Assembly (NCBI GenBank): GCA_030704615.1
Contig: CM060731.1
Coordinates: 90,024,001-90,088,000, forward strand
DNA: 64,000 nt
Origin: Takakia lepidozioides
Taxonomy: Eukaryota > Plantae > Bryophyta
Direction of reading: 5' to 3'
Each line of letters starts with the position of its first letter. Position 1 is the stretch's first letter. The position numbers were made by a program, and so were the translations under genes. Below are positions 11,467 to 23,064 of the stretch, piece by piece. The notes under the pieces are model-generated. The model was not told the origin of the DNA, ran no database searches, and saw nothing but the letters and a program-made list of their open reading frames with translations.

Positions 11467-11818
11467 CTTGTATTCAGAAGGCACAGGGCTAAAGATTTGT
11501 TTGCACAATCAGCACAGTAGACGTGCTTCAAATGCAATTCATGTGGATCAATAAAAATCCCATTGTGCCCTCTTTTTGTTCTATTCTATATCCATCGTTC
11601 CCAAAATGCGTCATTCCTCATTTCGTTTGGGATTGGGAGTGTGGGTGGATTTTGCAAGTGGCTGGTAGGCTGAAATGGGCCCCCATTGTACAGATCAGTA
11701 CCACCCTACCATTCGCGAAACATTGCCTTTCAATATGTAATTCTAAAAAACATTGCCGAACCTCCTTCATCGGGAGGTCCGTCTCCCCCTATGACCGTGA
11801 CACCCTAAACGGGGGCTG

Positions 11819-11870
11819 CTATTTCATGAGCGGCATGAGCATGAGCGGGAAAAAAAAAAGCATGAGCAGA
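11819..11870 (+). mobile_element. Putative left terminus (TIR + CATGAGC subterminal repeats) of a large DNA transposon
   Basis: CTATTTCATGAGC (11819-11831) is the exact reverse complement of GCTCATGAAATAG (36086-36098); both ends carry 4-5 CATGAGC-like heptamers. No TSD seen. Confidence 0.55.
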
Positions 11871-12039
11871 CCATTGTGAGTCCACGGAAATAGGGTTAGG
11901 AGGCACAGAAATATGGTCATGTGAAGTTGGAATGTGACACCAGTGGACTTGAAATGCAACATTTTATTGCAAATTTTGTGGCAAGCCACGTCTATACAAG
12001 TGTGTTCTAACTGTCATAGCCGGAATGGGCACTACTCTC

Positions 12040-12430
12040 CTACACCCTCCGAGGAACTTGCCCCACCTTCTTCCTCATCCCCCTCATCCTCCGAGCTCTG
12101 TGATGCATCAGTTATCTTCTGCATCTTCTCCCCCACTTTCCTCAGCTGAATCCAAGACAAATCTACGAGCCTGACGGGCTCTAATAGCTGCTGCCTCCTC
12201 CCTCATCTTCATTTTCTTGAGGTTTGCCTCGTCTAAAATCTGCTGTACGCGACTAGGTTCGGAACACCTTCTAATGGACACCGAAGCAAGCCGGGCAACA
12301 TAAGTAGGAAGGATGTAGTCCCTTTCTGGACTAGGCATGAAATCCCCCCTGGCAAAAAAATGCACGTTCCTCCTGCCCATGAACTGCGGTGTAGACGTCC
12401 CTCCTACAGTAAGAACAAATCCACTTGAAG
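12040..12430 (-). pseudogene. Diverged, inverted paralog of the last exon of the ParB-MTase gene
   Basis: GRRNVHFFARGDFMPSPERDYILPTYVARLASVSIRRCSEPSRVQQILDEA matches ARKNVPFFARADFMTSPVKDYSLPSYAAKLANTAIRRCENPSKVEQILERA (7930-8469), with an acidic tail. Confidence 0.75.
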
Positions 12431-12569
12431 AATGTCAATACCAGCAGAAGCAGAAACGGTCTTTCAATGAAATAAAAGAGCGAGGGGAGGTGCCTCACAA
12501 AATCAAGAGGCAACTTACAATGCGACCACTCACTCGTAAACCATTTTCGCCACCATTTTCATAGGTTGG

Positions 12570-14700
12570 GCCCGAAAATGGCTAAGTCCCAGAACTGACT
12601 GGGCGCGGAACTAGAAAAATGGCGCCGAATTTCCGATTGCGGTTCCAGCCACCCTAGGGACTTAGCCATTTTCGGGGCCCTGAAATCGAAAAATGGCGCC
12701 ATTTTTCCATTTTGGGGCTGAAAATGGCTAAGTCCCAGATCTGACTGGGCCCGGAACTGGAAAAATGGCGCCGAATTTCCGATTTTGCTGCCAGTCACCC
12801 TAGGGACTTAGCCATTTTCGGCATTTTTCCAGTTCGGGGCCAAAAATGGCTAAGTCCCAGATCTGACAGGGCGCGGAACTGGAAAAATGGCGTCGAATTT
12901 CCGGTTGCAGTTCCAGCCACCCCTGGGACTTAGCCATTTTCGGGGCTTTGAACTGGAAAAATGACGCCATTTTTCCATTTCGGGGCCGAAAATGGCTAAG
13001 TCCTAGATCTGACTAGGCCCGGAACTGGAAAAATGGTGCCAAATTTCCGATTTTGGTGCCAGTCAGATCTGGGACTTAGCCATTTTTGGCCCCGAACTGG
13101 AAAAATGACGTTTTTTTTTTGTTTTTTTTTTCAGGGCCATTTTTCCAGTTTGGGGCCGAAAATGGCTAAGTCCCAGATCTGACTGGGCCTGGAACTGGAA
13201 AAATGGCGCCGAATTTCCGATTTTGGTGCCACCCACCCTAGGGACTTAGTTATTTTCGGCTCCGAACTGGAAAAATGGCGCCATTTTTCCAGTTCGGGGC
13301 CGAAAATGGCTAAGTCCCAGATCTGATAGGGCGCGGAACTGGAAAAATGGCGCCGAATTTGCAGTTGCGGTTCCAGCCATCGTAAGAACTTCGCTATTTT
13401 CGGGGCCCTAAACTGGAAAAATGGCGCCATTTTTCCATTTCGGGGCCGAAAATGGCTAAGTCCCAGATCTGACTGGGCCCAGAACTGGAAAAATGGCGCC
13501 GAATTTCCGATTTTGGTGCCAGTCAGATCTGGGACTTAGCCGTTTTCGGACCCGAACTGGAAATATGGCGTTTTTTTCTTTTTTTTCTTTTTTTTTTCCA
13601 GTTCGGGGCCGAAAATGGCTAAGTCCCAGATCTGACTGGGCCCAGAACTGGAAAAATGGCGCCGAATTTCCGATTTTGGTGCCACTCAGATCTGGGACTT
13701 AGCCGTTTTCGGCCCCGAACTGGAAATATGGCGTTTTTTTTTTTTTTTTCCCCAGTTCGGGGCCGAAAGTGGCTTAGTCCCAGATCTGACTGGGCCCACA
13801 ACTGGAAAAATGGCGCCGAATTTCCGAATTTGGTGCCAGTCAGATCTGGGACTTAGCTGTTTTCGGACCCGAACTGGAAAAATGGCGTTTCTTCTTTTTT
13901 CTTTTTTTCCCAGTTCGGGGCCGAAAATGGCTAAGTCCCAGATCTGACTGGGCCCAGAACTGGAAAAATGGCGCCGAATTTCCGATTTTGGTGCCAGTAA
14001 GATCTGGGACTTAGCCGTTTTCGGCCCCGAACTGGAAATATGGCGTTTCTTCTTTTTCTTTTTTCCCAGTTCGGGGCCGAAAGTGGCTTAGTCCCAGATC
14101 TGACTGGGCCCACAACTGGAAAAATGGCGCCGAATTTCCGATTTTGGTGCCAGTCAGATCTGGGACTTAGCCGTTTTCGGCCCCGAAATGGAAATATGGC
14201 GTTTCTTCTTTTTCTTTTTTTCCCAGTTCGGGGCCGAAAGTGGCTAAGTCCCAGATCTGACTGGGCCCAGAACTGGAAAAATGGCGCCGAATTTCCGATT
14301 TTGGTGCCAGTCAGATCTGGGACTTAGCCCCGAACTGGAAATATGGCGTTTCTTCTTTTTCTTTTTTTCCCAGTTCGGGGCCGAAAGTGGCTTAGTCCCA
14401 GATCTGACTGGGCCCAGAACTGGAAAAATGGCGCCGAATTTCCGATTTTGGTGCCAGTCAGATCTGGGACTTAGCCGTTTTCGGCCCCGAACTGGAAATA
14501 TGGCGTTTGTTCTTTTTCTTTTTTTCCCAGTTCGGGCCCAGAACTGGGAAAATGGCACCGAATTTCCGATTTTGGTGCCAGTCAGATCTGGGACTTAGCC
14601 GTTTTCGGCCCCGAACTGGAAAAATGGCGTTTGTTTTTTTTTTTTTTTTCCCAGTTCGGGGCCGAAAATGGCTAAGTCCCAGATCTGACTGGCACCAAAT
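12570..14700. repeat. Foldback-type tandem array C (~146-160-bp units, each a ~44-bp-arm inverted repeat with a GGAAAAATGGCGCCGAATTTCC palindrome in the loop)
   Basis: Arm TTCCAGTTCGGGGCCGAAAATGGCTAAGTCCCAGATCTGACTGG and its reverse complement alternate; GGCGCC cores 72-74 bp apart (12621, 12695, 12767; 13205, 13277, 13349, 13423, 13495, 13567); poly-T tracts in later units. Confidence 0.95.
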
Positions 14701-14702
14701 TC

Positions 14703-14958
14703 GGAAATTCGGCGCCGTTTTTCCAATCATGCAGGTAATTCGAAGAGCGGATGGATGGAAATCCGGCGCCGGATTTCCATCCGCCAGGTAAGTCGGCGCG
14801 CAAAGTTTCCGTCATGCAGGTAATTCGAAGAGCGGATGGATGGAAATCCGTCGCCGGATTTCCATCCGCCAGCTAAGTCGGCGCGCAAAATTTCCGTCAT
14901 GCAGGTAATTCGAAGAGCGGATGGATGGAAATCTGGCGCCGGATTTCCATCCTCCAGG
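14703..14958. repeat. Palindrome array B, left part (GGAAATCCGGCGCCGGATTTCC, 85-bp unit), interrupted by the chromovirus
   Basis: Cores at 14765, 14850, 14935; the array resumes after 21923. Confidence 0.9.
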
Positions 14959-15686
14959 TGTCGCGCACCTCACTTCGGTAAGCTCCCCTTCAAGTCATAG
15001 TTACTCGCTTTGATGCGCGCGCCTGACTCCCAACCTGGCCGCCCGGGCCAACTTGGAGCTTCGGCTGCTCACCGGGACATAACGGTCCCCCTTCGCTCCC
15101 CACTAAACCCTCCACCTATTTGGGACTAGGAGAATTCCCTTTGGTAGATGGCAGTCCGGAACAGCTCCCCACTCTTTGGTCGCTTTCCGGCTCGCTCGCT
15201 TACTCACTAGTTTTTGGTCACCAACGGGCTTGCACCGTTCTCGGGGTCACTACTCCCCTTATATATACTTCTGTAGCTGTCTGCGGGGGTTTCACAACCA
15301 GCCATGCCATTTTATGGCGAACCACCACGAAAACCCTCGACTCCCGGTGATGAGTCGCGGTGAGTCTTGGCCCACTCACCACGGCCCCTATGGACCGTGA
15401 TGAGTCCCAAGACTCCCCACGACTCCCACCACGAGGTCTCCGCCCCATGGTGAGTCCTATGCCACCCCCACTAAGTCCCGCTAAGCTACCACCACCCCTT
15501 GTGGAGCCACCCCCACCGCAACCCGGTGTGCGGGGCTCCACCTAGTGAGCGCCTCCGCTTCCCTGAGTGCCTTGGGCACTCAAGGGTGCTTCAGCCCCCC
15601 ATACCTATCGCTGCCGCTGCCCCCACCACAGGGGCAGCCCCTCATGTGTCCCGACCCCCCTGCCCTCAAGGCAAAGGGCCGCGACA
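14959..15686 (-). repeat. 3' LTR
   Basis: TG...CA termini; direct repeat of 21196-21923 with roughly ten differences by eye; PPT-like GGTAGGGGTGTG (minus strand, 15687-15698) is adjacent. Confidence 0.95.
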
Positions 15687-16592
15687 CACACCCCTACCAA
15701 CAGGGAGTCGATGTCCTCATCGACTTATCCATTTTGTAGAAACGAACATCCAAGTTGTGGCGTCCCACATCAAGGAGTTTGTTTCCGTACCATGGCGTCC
15801 CATGGCAAAGAACCAAACCCCACACTTGACTCTACTCTCCACTAGCTAGTTCGGCCGACTTCCTCCAAGTCCCGGCCAAGGGTGGAGCCTCTCTAGCTCC
15901 TCCCAGTGCACTCTTCTTGGCCTACTTCAAGGCCAAGGAACGATCATCCCCGAGGATCGAATCGCCTTACTGCAACAACATTGCTTGCGATCGCTCATGA
16001 TGCCGCTTTTGGCATCACCTTGAGCAAGGGTTCACCTGGAACCCTCTTTGACTAGGAAGATAACCTTGAACCAACCGTGCGCCCCAATCACTACAATTGG
16101 GTCCGCCTTGGAATGCTGGCCTGAGGTACGGGAACACGCCGAAGCCGCACTACGACTTCGTCCCGAGGCTACACGATTATAGTACGTGAATGGAAGCACG
16201 TAGCTTCCGCGTTAGCCCGCACTACAAGGCAACCCCCTCGGTAGCGCAGTTATAGTACGCGCACGCGCCAGGTGCGCACTAGCACGTGAACTCCCAAAGA
16301 AGGCGCAAGTTTCCTTGCCCCTTGGATGGGGGTCACCCGATTTCTGCACTACGCAAACACACGATTAACCCAATTTACCTCTCCCACTTTTATAAGCTAG
16401 CATGCATTCTTCACACTAGCCAACCATACCATGCATCACCATTCCAAACAAAATAGGACGCACAACATTTGGAACCCATTTCCTTTATAACAAATTTTTG
16501 TACAATACAAGTTTTTGTAATCGGATTCCTAAGCTAGCTAAGCCGGGCTAAGCATGCATTTCCTCCCCCACGCTCCAAGGTTGATGTCCCCA

Positions 16593-19500
16593 TCAACGCT
16601 TCTTCCGCTTTTGAGGTCGCCCTTCGAAAGCTGCAACCGCCTCGGATGCGTTTCCCATTTCTGAGGCACGCACCCAAGATGCCTCCACATGATGATAGCC
16701 CTTCCATTTGATGAGATACTCCATTTCTCGGTTCATGAACCTCCTCGACTTAAGTATTGCCTCCACCTCGTACTCAGATTCATTTTCATGATCCAACAGC
16801 ATAGGTGGCGGACGCAACACTTGATGCCGATTCGGACGCGCTTTATCTTTGAAGTAAGGCTTCAAAAGGGAGACATGGAATACTGGGTGCACCTTGCTGT
16901 TTGCCGGCAGCTCCAATTCATACACATCCTCATTCATAACCTTCCGAATGCGAAAGGGTCCCGCATACGGAGGTACGAACTTCGGACTCACTTCCGGAGG
17001 TAGTCGAAATTCTTGATGTTCAACCAGACCTTTGTGCCTGCCTCAAACTTCACTTCCCTCCGCTTCCGATTCGCCTGTCTTTCATACCGTTTCCTAGCTT
17101 TGGCAATGTTGTACTTTGCGAGCTTCAACAAACGCTCGCGTTCTTCCAATACCGCCGCTACTGCCGGTTCCTCAACGTCCTGGGCGGCCCAACTTGTCGG
17201 CACCAGAGGTGCTTTTCCATAGACCAATACGAAAGGGGAAACTCCCGTTGCGGAGTGTTCTGTGTTATTATAACAGAACTCTGCCGCGTCTAAGTGTTCC
17301 ATCCAGTCTGATTGGTCTGCCGACACGTAATTTCGCAAGAATTGCTTCACTACGGAATTCACTCTTTCCGTTTGGCCGTCCGTCGTAGGTCGGAAGGCGG
17401 TGCTCATCTTCAGCCTCGTCCCCATCTTCTTCCAAAGTGTCCTCCAAAATTTACTCGTAAACTTTGGATCGCGGTCCGAGACAATATCCTTCGGGACTCC
17501 ATGATGCTTTAAGACGTGGGCGAAGTAAAGTCGCCCTGTCTCCTGCGCCGTTGTCGTTTCCTTGGTGGGGATGAAATGGCCCATTTTATTGAACCTATCC
17601 ACCACCACCATGATTGCATCCCTTTTGACAGCGGCATAGCAGTCATGAAATCCATCGAGATGCTTTCCCAAGTCCCCTCTGGAATCGGCAAGGGTTGTAA
17701 CAGCCCCGCTTGCTTTTTGTACTCGCTCCGGTTTTGTTGGCATGTGGTGCATGTCTTGACATACTCCTCTGCCTCCTCCCTCAGTTTGGGCCAGAAATAC
17801 TCTTTCTTCAGGAGTGCCGCAGTGCGCTTGGCTCCGCCGTGGCCCGCAAGCGGGCTATCATGGCATTCTCTCAAGAGGCTATCTCTGATCCCTCCCTTTG
17901 GCACGTAGAGACGTTTTTGCTTATACCGGAGCAGTCCATTTTGCAAGTGGAACTGCGATTTAACCCCCATCCTCAAGTCCTGCATCACGGACTTCGCCAG
18001 CTCATCCTTCCGGCAAGCCTTCCGGATCTTCCTTTGGAGTGCCGTCTCGCCCCTGTACACCAACAGGAGCTGCTGCTTTCTACTTAAAGCATCGGCCACC
18101 ACATTGTCCCGTCCCGGTTTGTATTGGATATCCACGTCGAACACCGCCAAAGTATCTTGCCACCTAAGTTGTTTTGGGGACAACTTCGGCTGCGTGGCAA
18201 AATACTTCACTGTGACATTGTCCGTGAACACCTTCACTGGGTTGGAACCAACATAGTGGCGCCAAAGCTCAAGGCAATGCACCACCGCCTTCATCTCTTT
18301 TTCGTGCGTCGGCCAACGTCGCTCCACTTCATTCAGTTTCTTACTTTCGTAAGCCACTAGACGTCCATCTTGCATAAGTACACCCCCAATCGCGAAGTCC
18401 GACGCATCTGTATGAATCTCAAATGAACGATCGAACTCCGGGATTTTAAAGACTGGAGCTTCCGCCATCCGCTGCTTCAATTCAGCAAAAGCTTGGCCAC
18501 AAAAGGTGTTCCATGCCCAGACTTTAGATTTACACAGAAGGTCCGACAGCGGCCCCGCGATCTTGGCGAAATTTCTCACATACTTCCGGTAATAGGAGGC
18601 AAGTCCTAGGAAGGATCGCACTCCCGGGACCGAAGTCGGAGGCTCCCAGTCCAAGATCGCCCTCACCTTTCTGTCATCCATTTTGATCCCATCCTGTGTA
18701 ATCACATGCCCCAAGAACTCCACTTTCGTGACCCCGAATTCGCACTTTGAAGCTTTGGCATACAGCTTCCCTTCCCGTAACTTTTGGAACACCCTTTTGA
18801 GGTGCTCCAGGTGCTCCTCCTTTGTTTTCGAGTACACCAAGATGTCGTCGATGTACACGATCACAAAGTCATCCAACCACTCCTGAAAGAGGCTGTTCAT
18901 CAGCGTGCTAAATGTCGCTGGTGCATTGGTGAGCCCAAAAGGCATCACCAAAAACTCATATGAACCATACCTTGTCCTGCACGCGGTCTTCTCCTCATCT
19001 CCTTCCGCCACCCGAATTTGATGATAACCGGAGCGCAAGTCGATCCGGCTGAAATACTTCGCTCCTGCCAACCGATCGAAAAGGTCGTCGATCCTTGGCA
19101 AAGGGTACCGGTTTTTAATAGTCACCTTATTCAAAGCCCTGTAATCGACACACATCCGCAGCGTCCCATCCTTCTTGTCTGCGAATAGCACCGGGGCTCC
19201 GTAAGGTGACTTACTCGGCCGGATGTACCCCTTTGACATTAGATCCTTGAGCTGAGTCTTCAGCTCGACCAACTCTCTGTGGCTCAACCGGTAGGGCGCC
19301 TTGGCAGGCGGTTCCGATCCCGGTATCACCTCAATCTTGTGGTCAACTCCTCTTCGCGGTGGCAAGCCGCTTGGTAAATCCTCCGGCATCACATCCTGGT
19401 ATTTCTCCAAAATCCCCTTGATCCAATCTGGGCTCGGCTCCCCATCGCCTTCTCCCTTCACTTCTCTAATGTAAAGCAAAAACTGGGGCTCGTGTGCCTC

Positions 19501-21140
19501 CTCCACGGCCCACTCCCTTGCTGACAGAAGGTTTATTCGCCCTCCCACGGATTTGGGCGTTTCCGACACTCGTAAGACCTCGCCACCATTCCCACATGGT
19601 AGCGTGACTACTCTCTTGCGGCCATCTATGACCGCTCCGGATTTGCTCAAAAAGGTCATCCCCAAAATGAGATCTACTCCATCGATCTCGCAGATGGTGA
19701 AGTTTTCACGTCCCTCCCAACTCCCCAGTTGAAGAGGAACATCAAACGCCAACCTTGTCGCCAACTGTGGTTCTCCTTTGGCAGAACGCACCTCAATAGA
19801 GGCCCCCACGTCACTTGTCGGGAGTCCCAGCTTTTGTGCCGTTGCCGGTGTCATGAAGGAGTGCGACGCTCCTGTGTCCACCAACAACGACACATTAGTT
19901 CCGGATATTATCCCATCCACGAACAATAACTGACTCCCTTTTCGTAAGGCGCCAGTTTCCTGATACAACTCACAAGAAAATTTGCCTACCTTGCAAGTCC
20001 TGGCAACCATCGCTTCCACCAAGCGACTGATGGTATCTTCCGACAGCTCCGTGGTCGCCCGAGTCATGTTCAATTGCCGGGGCTTCGTGCACTTCTTGGC
20101 CATGTGCCCGGGCTCCCCACATTTGAAACACACTCCATCAAAGGTCGCCTTCTGTCCGCCATAAGCCGCTCCACCCGCTTTTCCTTTCGAAGCACCGGGT
20201 GCCGCCTTGACGTGTGAAGGCCCTCTCTTCGATTTCCACGTGCCATTGTCGCCGCGTGGCCTATCCCACTTCTTTTCCGGTCGGAAGGAGTCACCTTCCC
20301 ACCGGGTCTTCTTGTGGTTCAGCTCCGTACGGCCTTGTCTCTCACCCCTAGGGACATCCGGGAAACATTCAGCCCTCTCAATTGCCTCGTTCAAAGTCTT
20401 GGGTGGCTTCTCCTCCAACTTCCGCCTGGCCCATGGGGCCAGTCCCGCCACAAAGTTGAAGACCATTTCTGGTTCTGCCATGTCCGCGACTTCGAGCAAC
20501 AGCACATTGAAAGCCTGGACATACCCCCGAATGTCATCTGTTTGCTTCAAATTCCTCATCTTGTCCCGGGCAAGCCAGGACGCGTTGAGGGGCACAAACT
20601 GTCTCTTCATCAATTCCTTGAACCCACTCCAGTTCAAGGTTTCCGGACTTGAACCTCGGTCGTGAAGGCGTTTCTGCCACCATTGTTGAGCATAGCCCCT
20701 CAAATAGGTGGGAGCCACTTCCACCCGATCCTCGTCACTCAACTTGGCCGCCCGGAAGTACTGCTCTAGCTCCAAGAGCCAGGTGTTGAGTGCCGATTTC
20801 GGACGCCCTCAAAGGTGCCGGGTTCCTTAGGCTTCACCTTAAACTTTGCCTTAGCGGGAGTGGCATTAGCCGCCTTCAACACGTCTTTCAACGTCCCGTC
20901 AAACTGCGCCAACAACCCTTCCCAAAAGGCTGCCGGCATGGGAGGCATCTCTTGGTTTGTCGAAGCTCTCAAGGATTCCTCGGGCTCCTCGGATTCCTCC
21001 CGCTCTTGAGCGGCCTCGTTTTCGGAAACATGCATCGCTTCCTCAAACGGCCGCCTCGGTGACACGTCGCCCCCATCGGGCTCACCAGGGTCATCATCTT
21101 TTGGGCCGTTCCGCTTTCGCTTTGGCTTGCCCGACCCCAT
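16593..21140 (-). pseudogene. gag-pol polyprotein (Zn knuckle, aspartic protease, RT, RNase H, integrase, chromodomain) broken by three frameshifts
   Basis: [14 protein letters not shown]; [10 protein letters not shown]; YIDDILVYS; TDASDFAIG; HHCC integrase finger; SDRDPKF..DGQTERVN; YEVEAILKSR..EYLIKWKGY. Frame changes near 20780, 17625 and 16995. Confidence 0.93.
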
Positions 21141-21181
21141 GATGAGGCCAATCCCAAGGACGATTGCGTACTGAACTCTAA

Positions 21182-21193
21182 GCTCTGATACCA
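21182..21193 (-). promoter_or_regulatory. Primer binding site for initiator tRNA-Met
   Basis: TGGTATCAGAGC on the minus strand, 2 nt inside the 5' LTR boundary. Confidence 0.95.
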
Positions 21194-21195
21194 AG

Positions 21196-21923
21196 TGTCG
21201 CGCACCTCACTTCGGTAAGCTCTCCTTCAAGTCATAGTTACTCGCTTTGATGTGCGCGCCTGACTCCCAACCTGGCCGCCCGGGCCAACTTGGAGCTTCG
21301 GCTGCTCACCGGGACATAACGGTCCCCCTTCGCTCCCCACTAAACCCTCCACCTATTTGGGACTAGGAGAATTCCCTTTGGTAGATGGCAGTCCGGAACA
21401 GCTCCCCACTCTTTGGTCGCTTTCCGGCTCGCTCGCTTACTCACTAGTTTTTGGTCACCAACAGGCTTGCACCGTTCTCCGGGTCACTACTCCCCTTATA
21501 TATACTTCTGTAGCTGTCCGCGGGGGTTTCACAACCAGCCATGCCATTTTCTGGCGAACCACCACGAAAACCCTCGACTCCCGGTGATGAGTCGCGGTGA
21601 GTCTTGGCCCACTCACCACGGCCCCTATGGACCGTGATGAGTCCCAAGACTCCCCACGACTCCCACCACGAGGTCTCCGCCCCCATGGTGAGTCCTATGC
21701 CACCCCCACTAAGTCCCGCTAAGCTACCACCACCCTTGTGCAGCCACCCCCACCGCAACCCGGTGTGCGGGGCTCCACCTAGTGAGCGCCTCCGCTTCCC
21801 TGAGTGCCTTGGGCACTCAAGGGTGCTTCAGCCCCCCATACCTATCGCTGCCGCTGCCCCCACCACAGGGGCAGCCCCTCATGTGTCCCGACCCCCCTGC
21901 CCTCAAGGCAAAGGGCCGCGACA
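21196..21923 (-). repeat. 5' LTR
   Basis: Direct repeat of 14959-15686; followed on the minus strand by the PBS. Confidence 0.95.
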
Positions 21924-22935
21924 CCAGGTAAGTCGGCGCTGCAAATTTCTGTCATGTAGGTTACTTGTGAGCGGATGGATGGAAATCCGGCGACGGATTT
22001 CCATCCTCCAGGTAATTCGGAGCGCGGATGGATGGACGGATTTCCATCCTCCAGGTAAGTCGGCGCGCAAAATTTCCGTCATGCAGGTAATTCGAAGAGC
22101 GGATGGATGGAAATCCGGCGCCGGATTTCCCTCCGCCAGCTAAGTCGGCGCGCAAAATAACCGTCATGCAGCTAATTCGAAGAGCGGATGGATGGAAATC
22201 CGGCGCCGGATTTCCATCCGCCAGGTAGGTCGGCGCGCAAAATTTCCATCATGCAGGTAATTCGGAGCGCGGATGGATGGAAATCCGGCGCCGGATTTCC
22301 ATCCTCCAGGTAAGTCGGCGCTGCAAATTCGGTAGGGCGGCGCACCAAATTTCCCTCACGCAGGTAATTCGGAAGCGGATGGATGGAAATCTGGCGCGGG
22401 ATTTCCATCCGCGCAGGTAGGGTGACGCGCCAAATTTCCCTCACGCAGGTAATTCGGAGGCGGATGGATGGAAATCCGGCGCCGGATTTCCATCCGCGCA
22501 GGTAGGGTGGCGCGCGAAATTTCCTTCAAGCAGGTAATTCGGAGGCGGATGGATAGAGATCCGGTGCCGAATTTCCATCCTGCAGGTAATTCGAATCCCG
22601 GATGGATGTAGATCCGGCGCCGAATTTCCATCCTGCAGGTAACTCGAATCGCGGATGGATGGAAATCCTTCGCCGAATTTCCATCCAGCAGGTAAGTCGG
22701 ATCGTTGGAGTATGGATATTCGGCGCCGAATTTCCATCCTGCAGGTAATTCGAATCCCGGATGGATGGAAATCCGGCGCCGAATTTCCATCCTGCAGGTA
22801 ACTCGAATCGCGGATGGATGGAAATCCGGCGCCGAATTTCCATCCAGCAGGTAAGTCGGATCGCTGGCGTATGGATATTCGGCGCCGAATTTCCATTCGC
22901 CAGTATTTCGAAGCGCTGAATTACCTTCCTGCAGG
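21924..22935. repeat. Palindrome array B, right part (85-bp then 53-bp units)
   Basis: Cores at 22117, 22202, 22287, 22393, 22478, 22563, 22616, 22669, 22722, 22775, 22828, 22881; GCAGGTAA and GGATGGAT motifs flank the palindrome. Confidence 0.92.
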
Positions 22936-23064
22936 TAATTCTGAGCGTGTCCGATTGATTTTTCGGAGAAAAACAAACCTAACTGTTTGTTTTGTGGCTG
23001 AAGTGCACTTGTAGACACGTTTTTCTTGGAATCCTTGACTGCTAGAGGCAAATCGGAACAGCCT

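Larger units (their letters stand above)
14959..21923 (-). mobile_element. Full-length Ty3/Gypsy chromovirus LTR retrotransposon (Galadriel-like)
   Basis: Two 728-bp LTRs (TGTCGCG...CGCGACA); 5-bp TSD CCAGG (14954-14958 and 21924-21928); iMet PBS; PPT; domain order gag-PR-RT-RH-INT-chromodomain. The RH segment [15 protein letters not shown]...TDNV...KLSPKQ.RWQD resembles the Galadriel lineage (lineage call tentative). Confidence 0.97.

Noticed and set aside
17009-21142. Plus-strand ORFs within the chromovirus
   Set aside because: Antisense shadows of gag-pol with no recognisable motifs.
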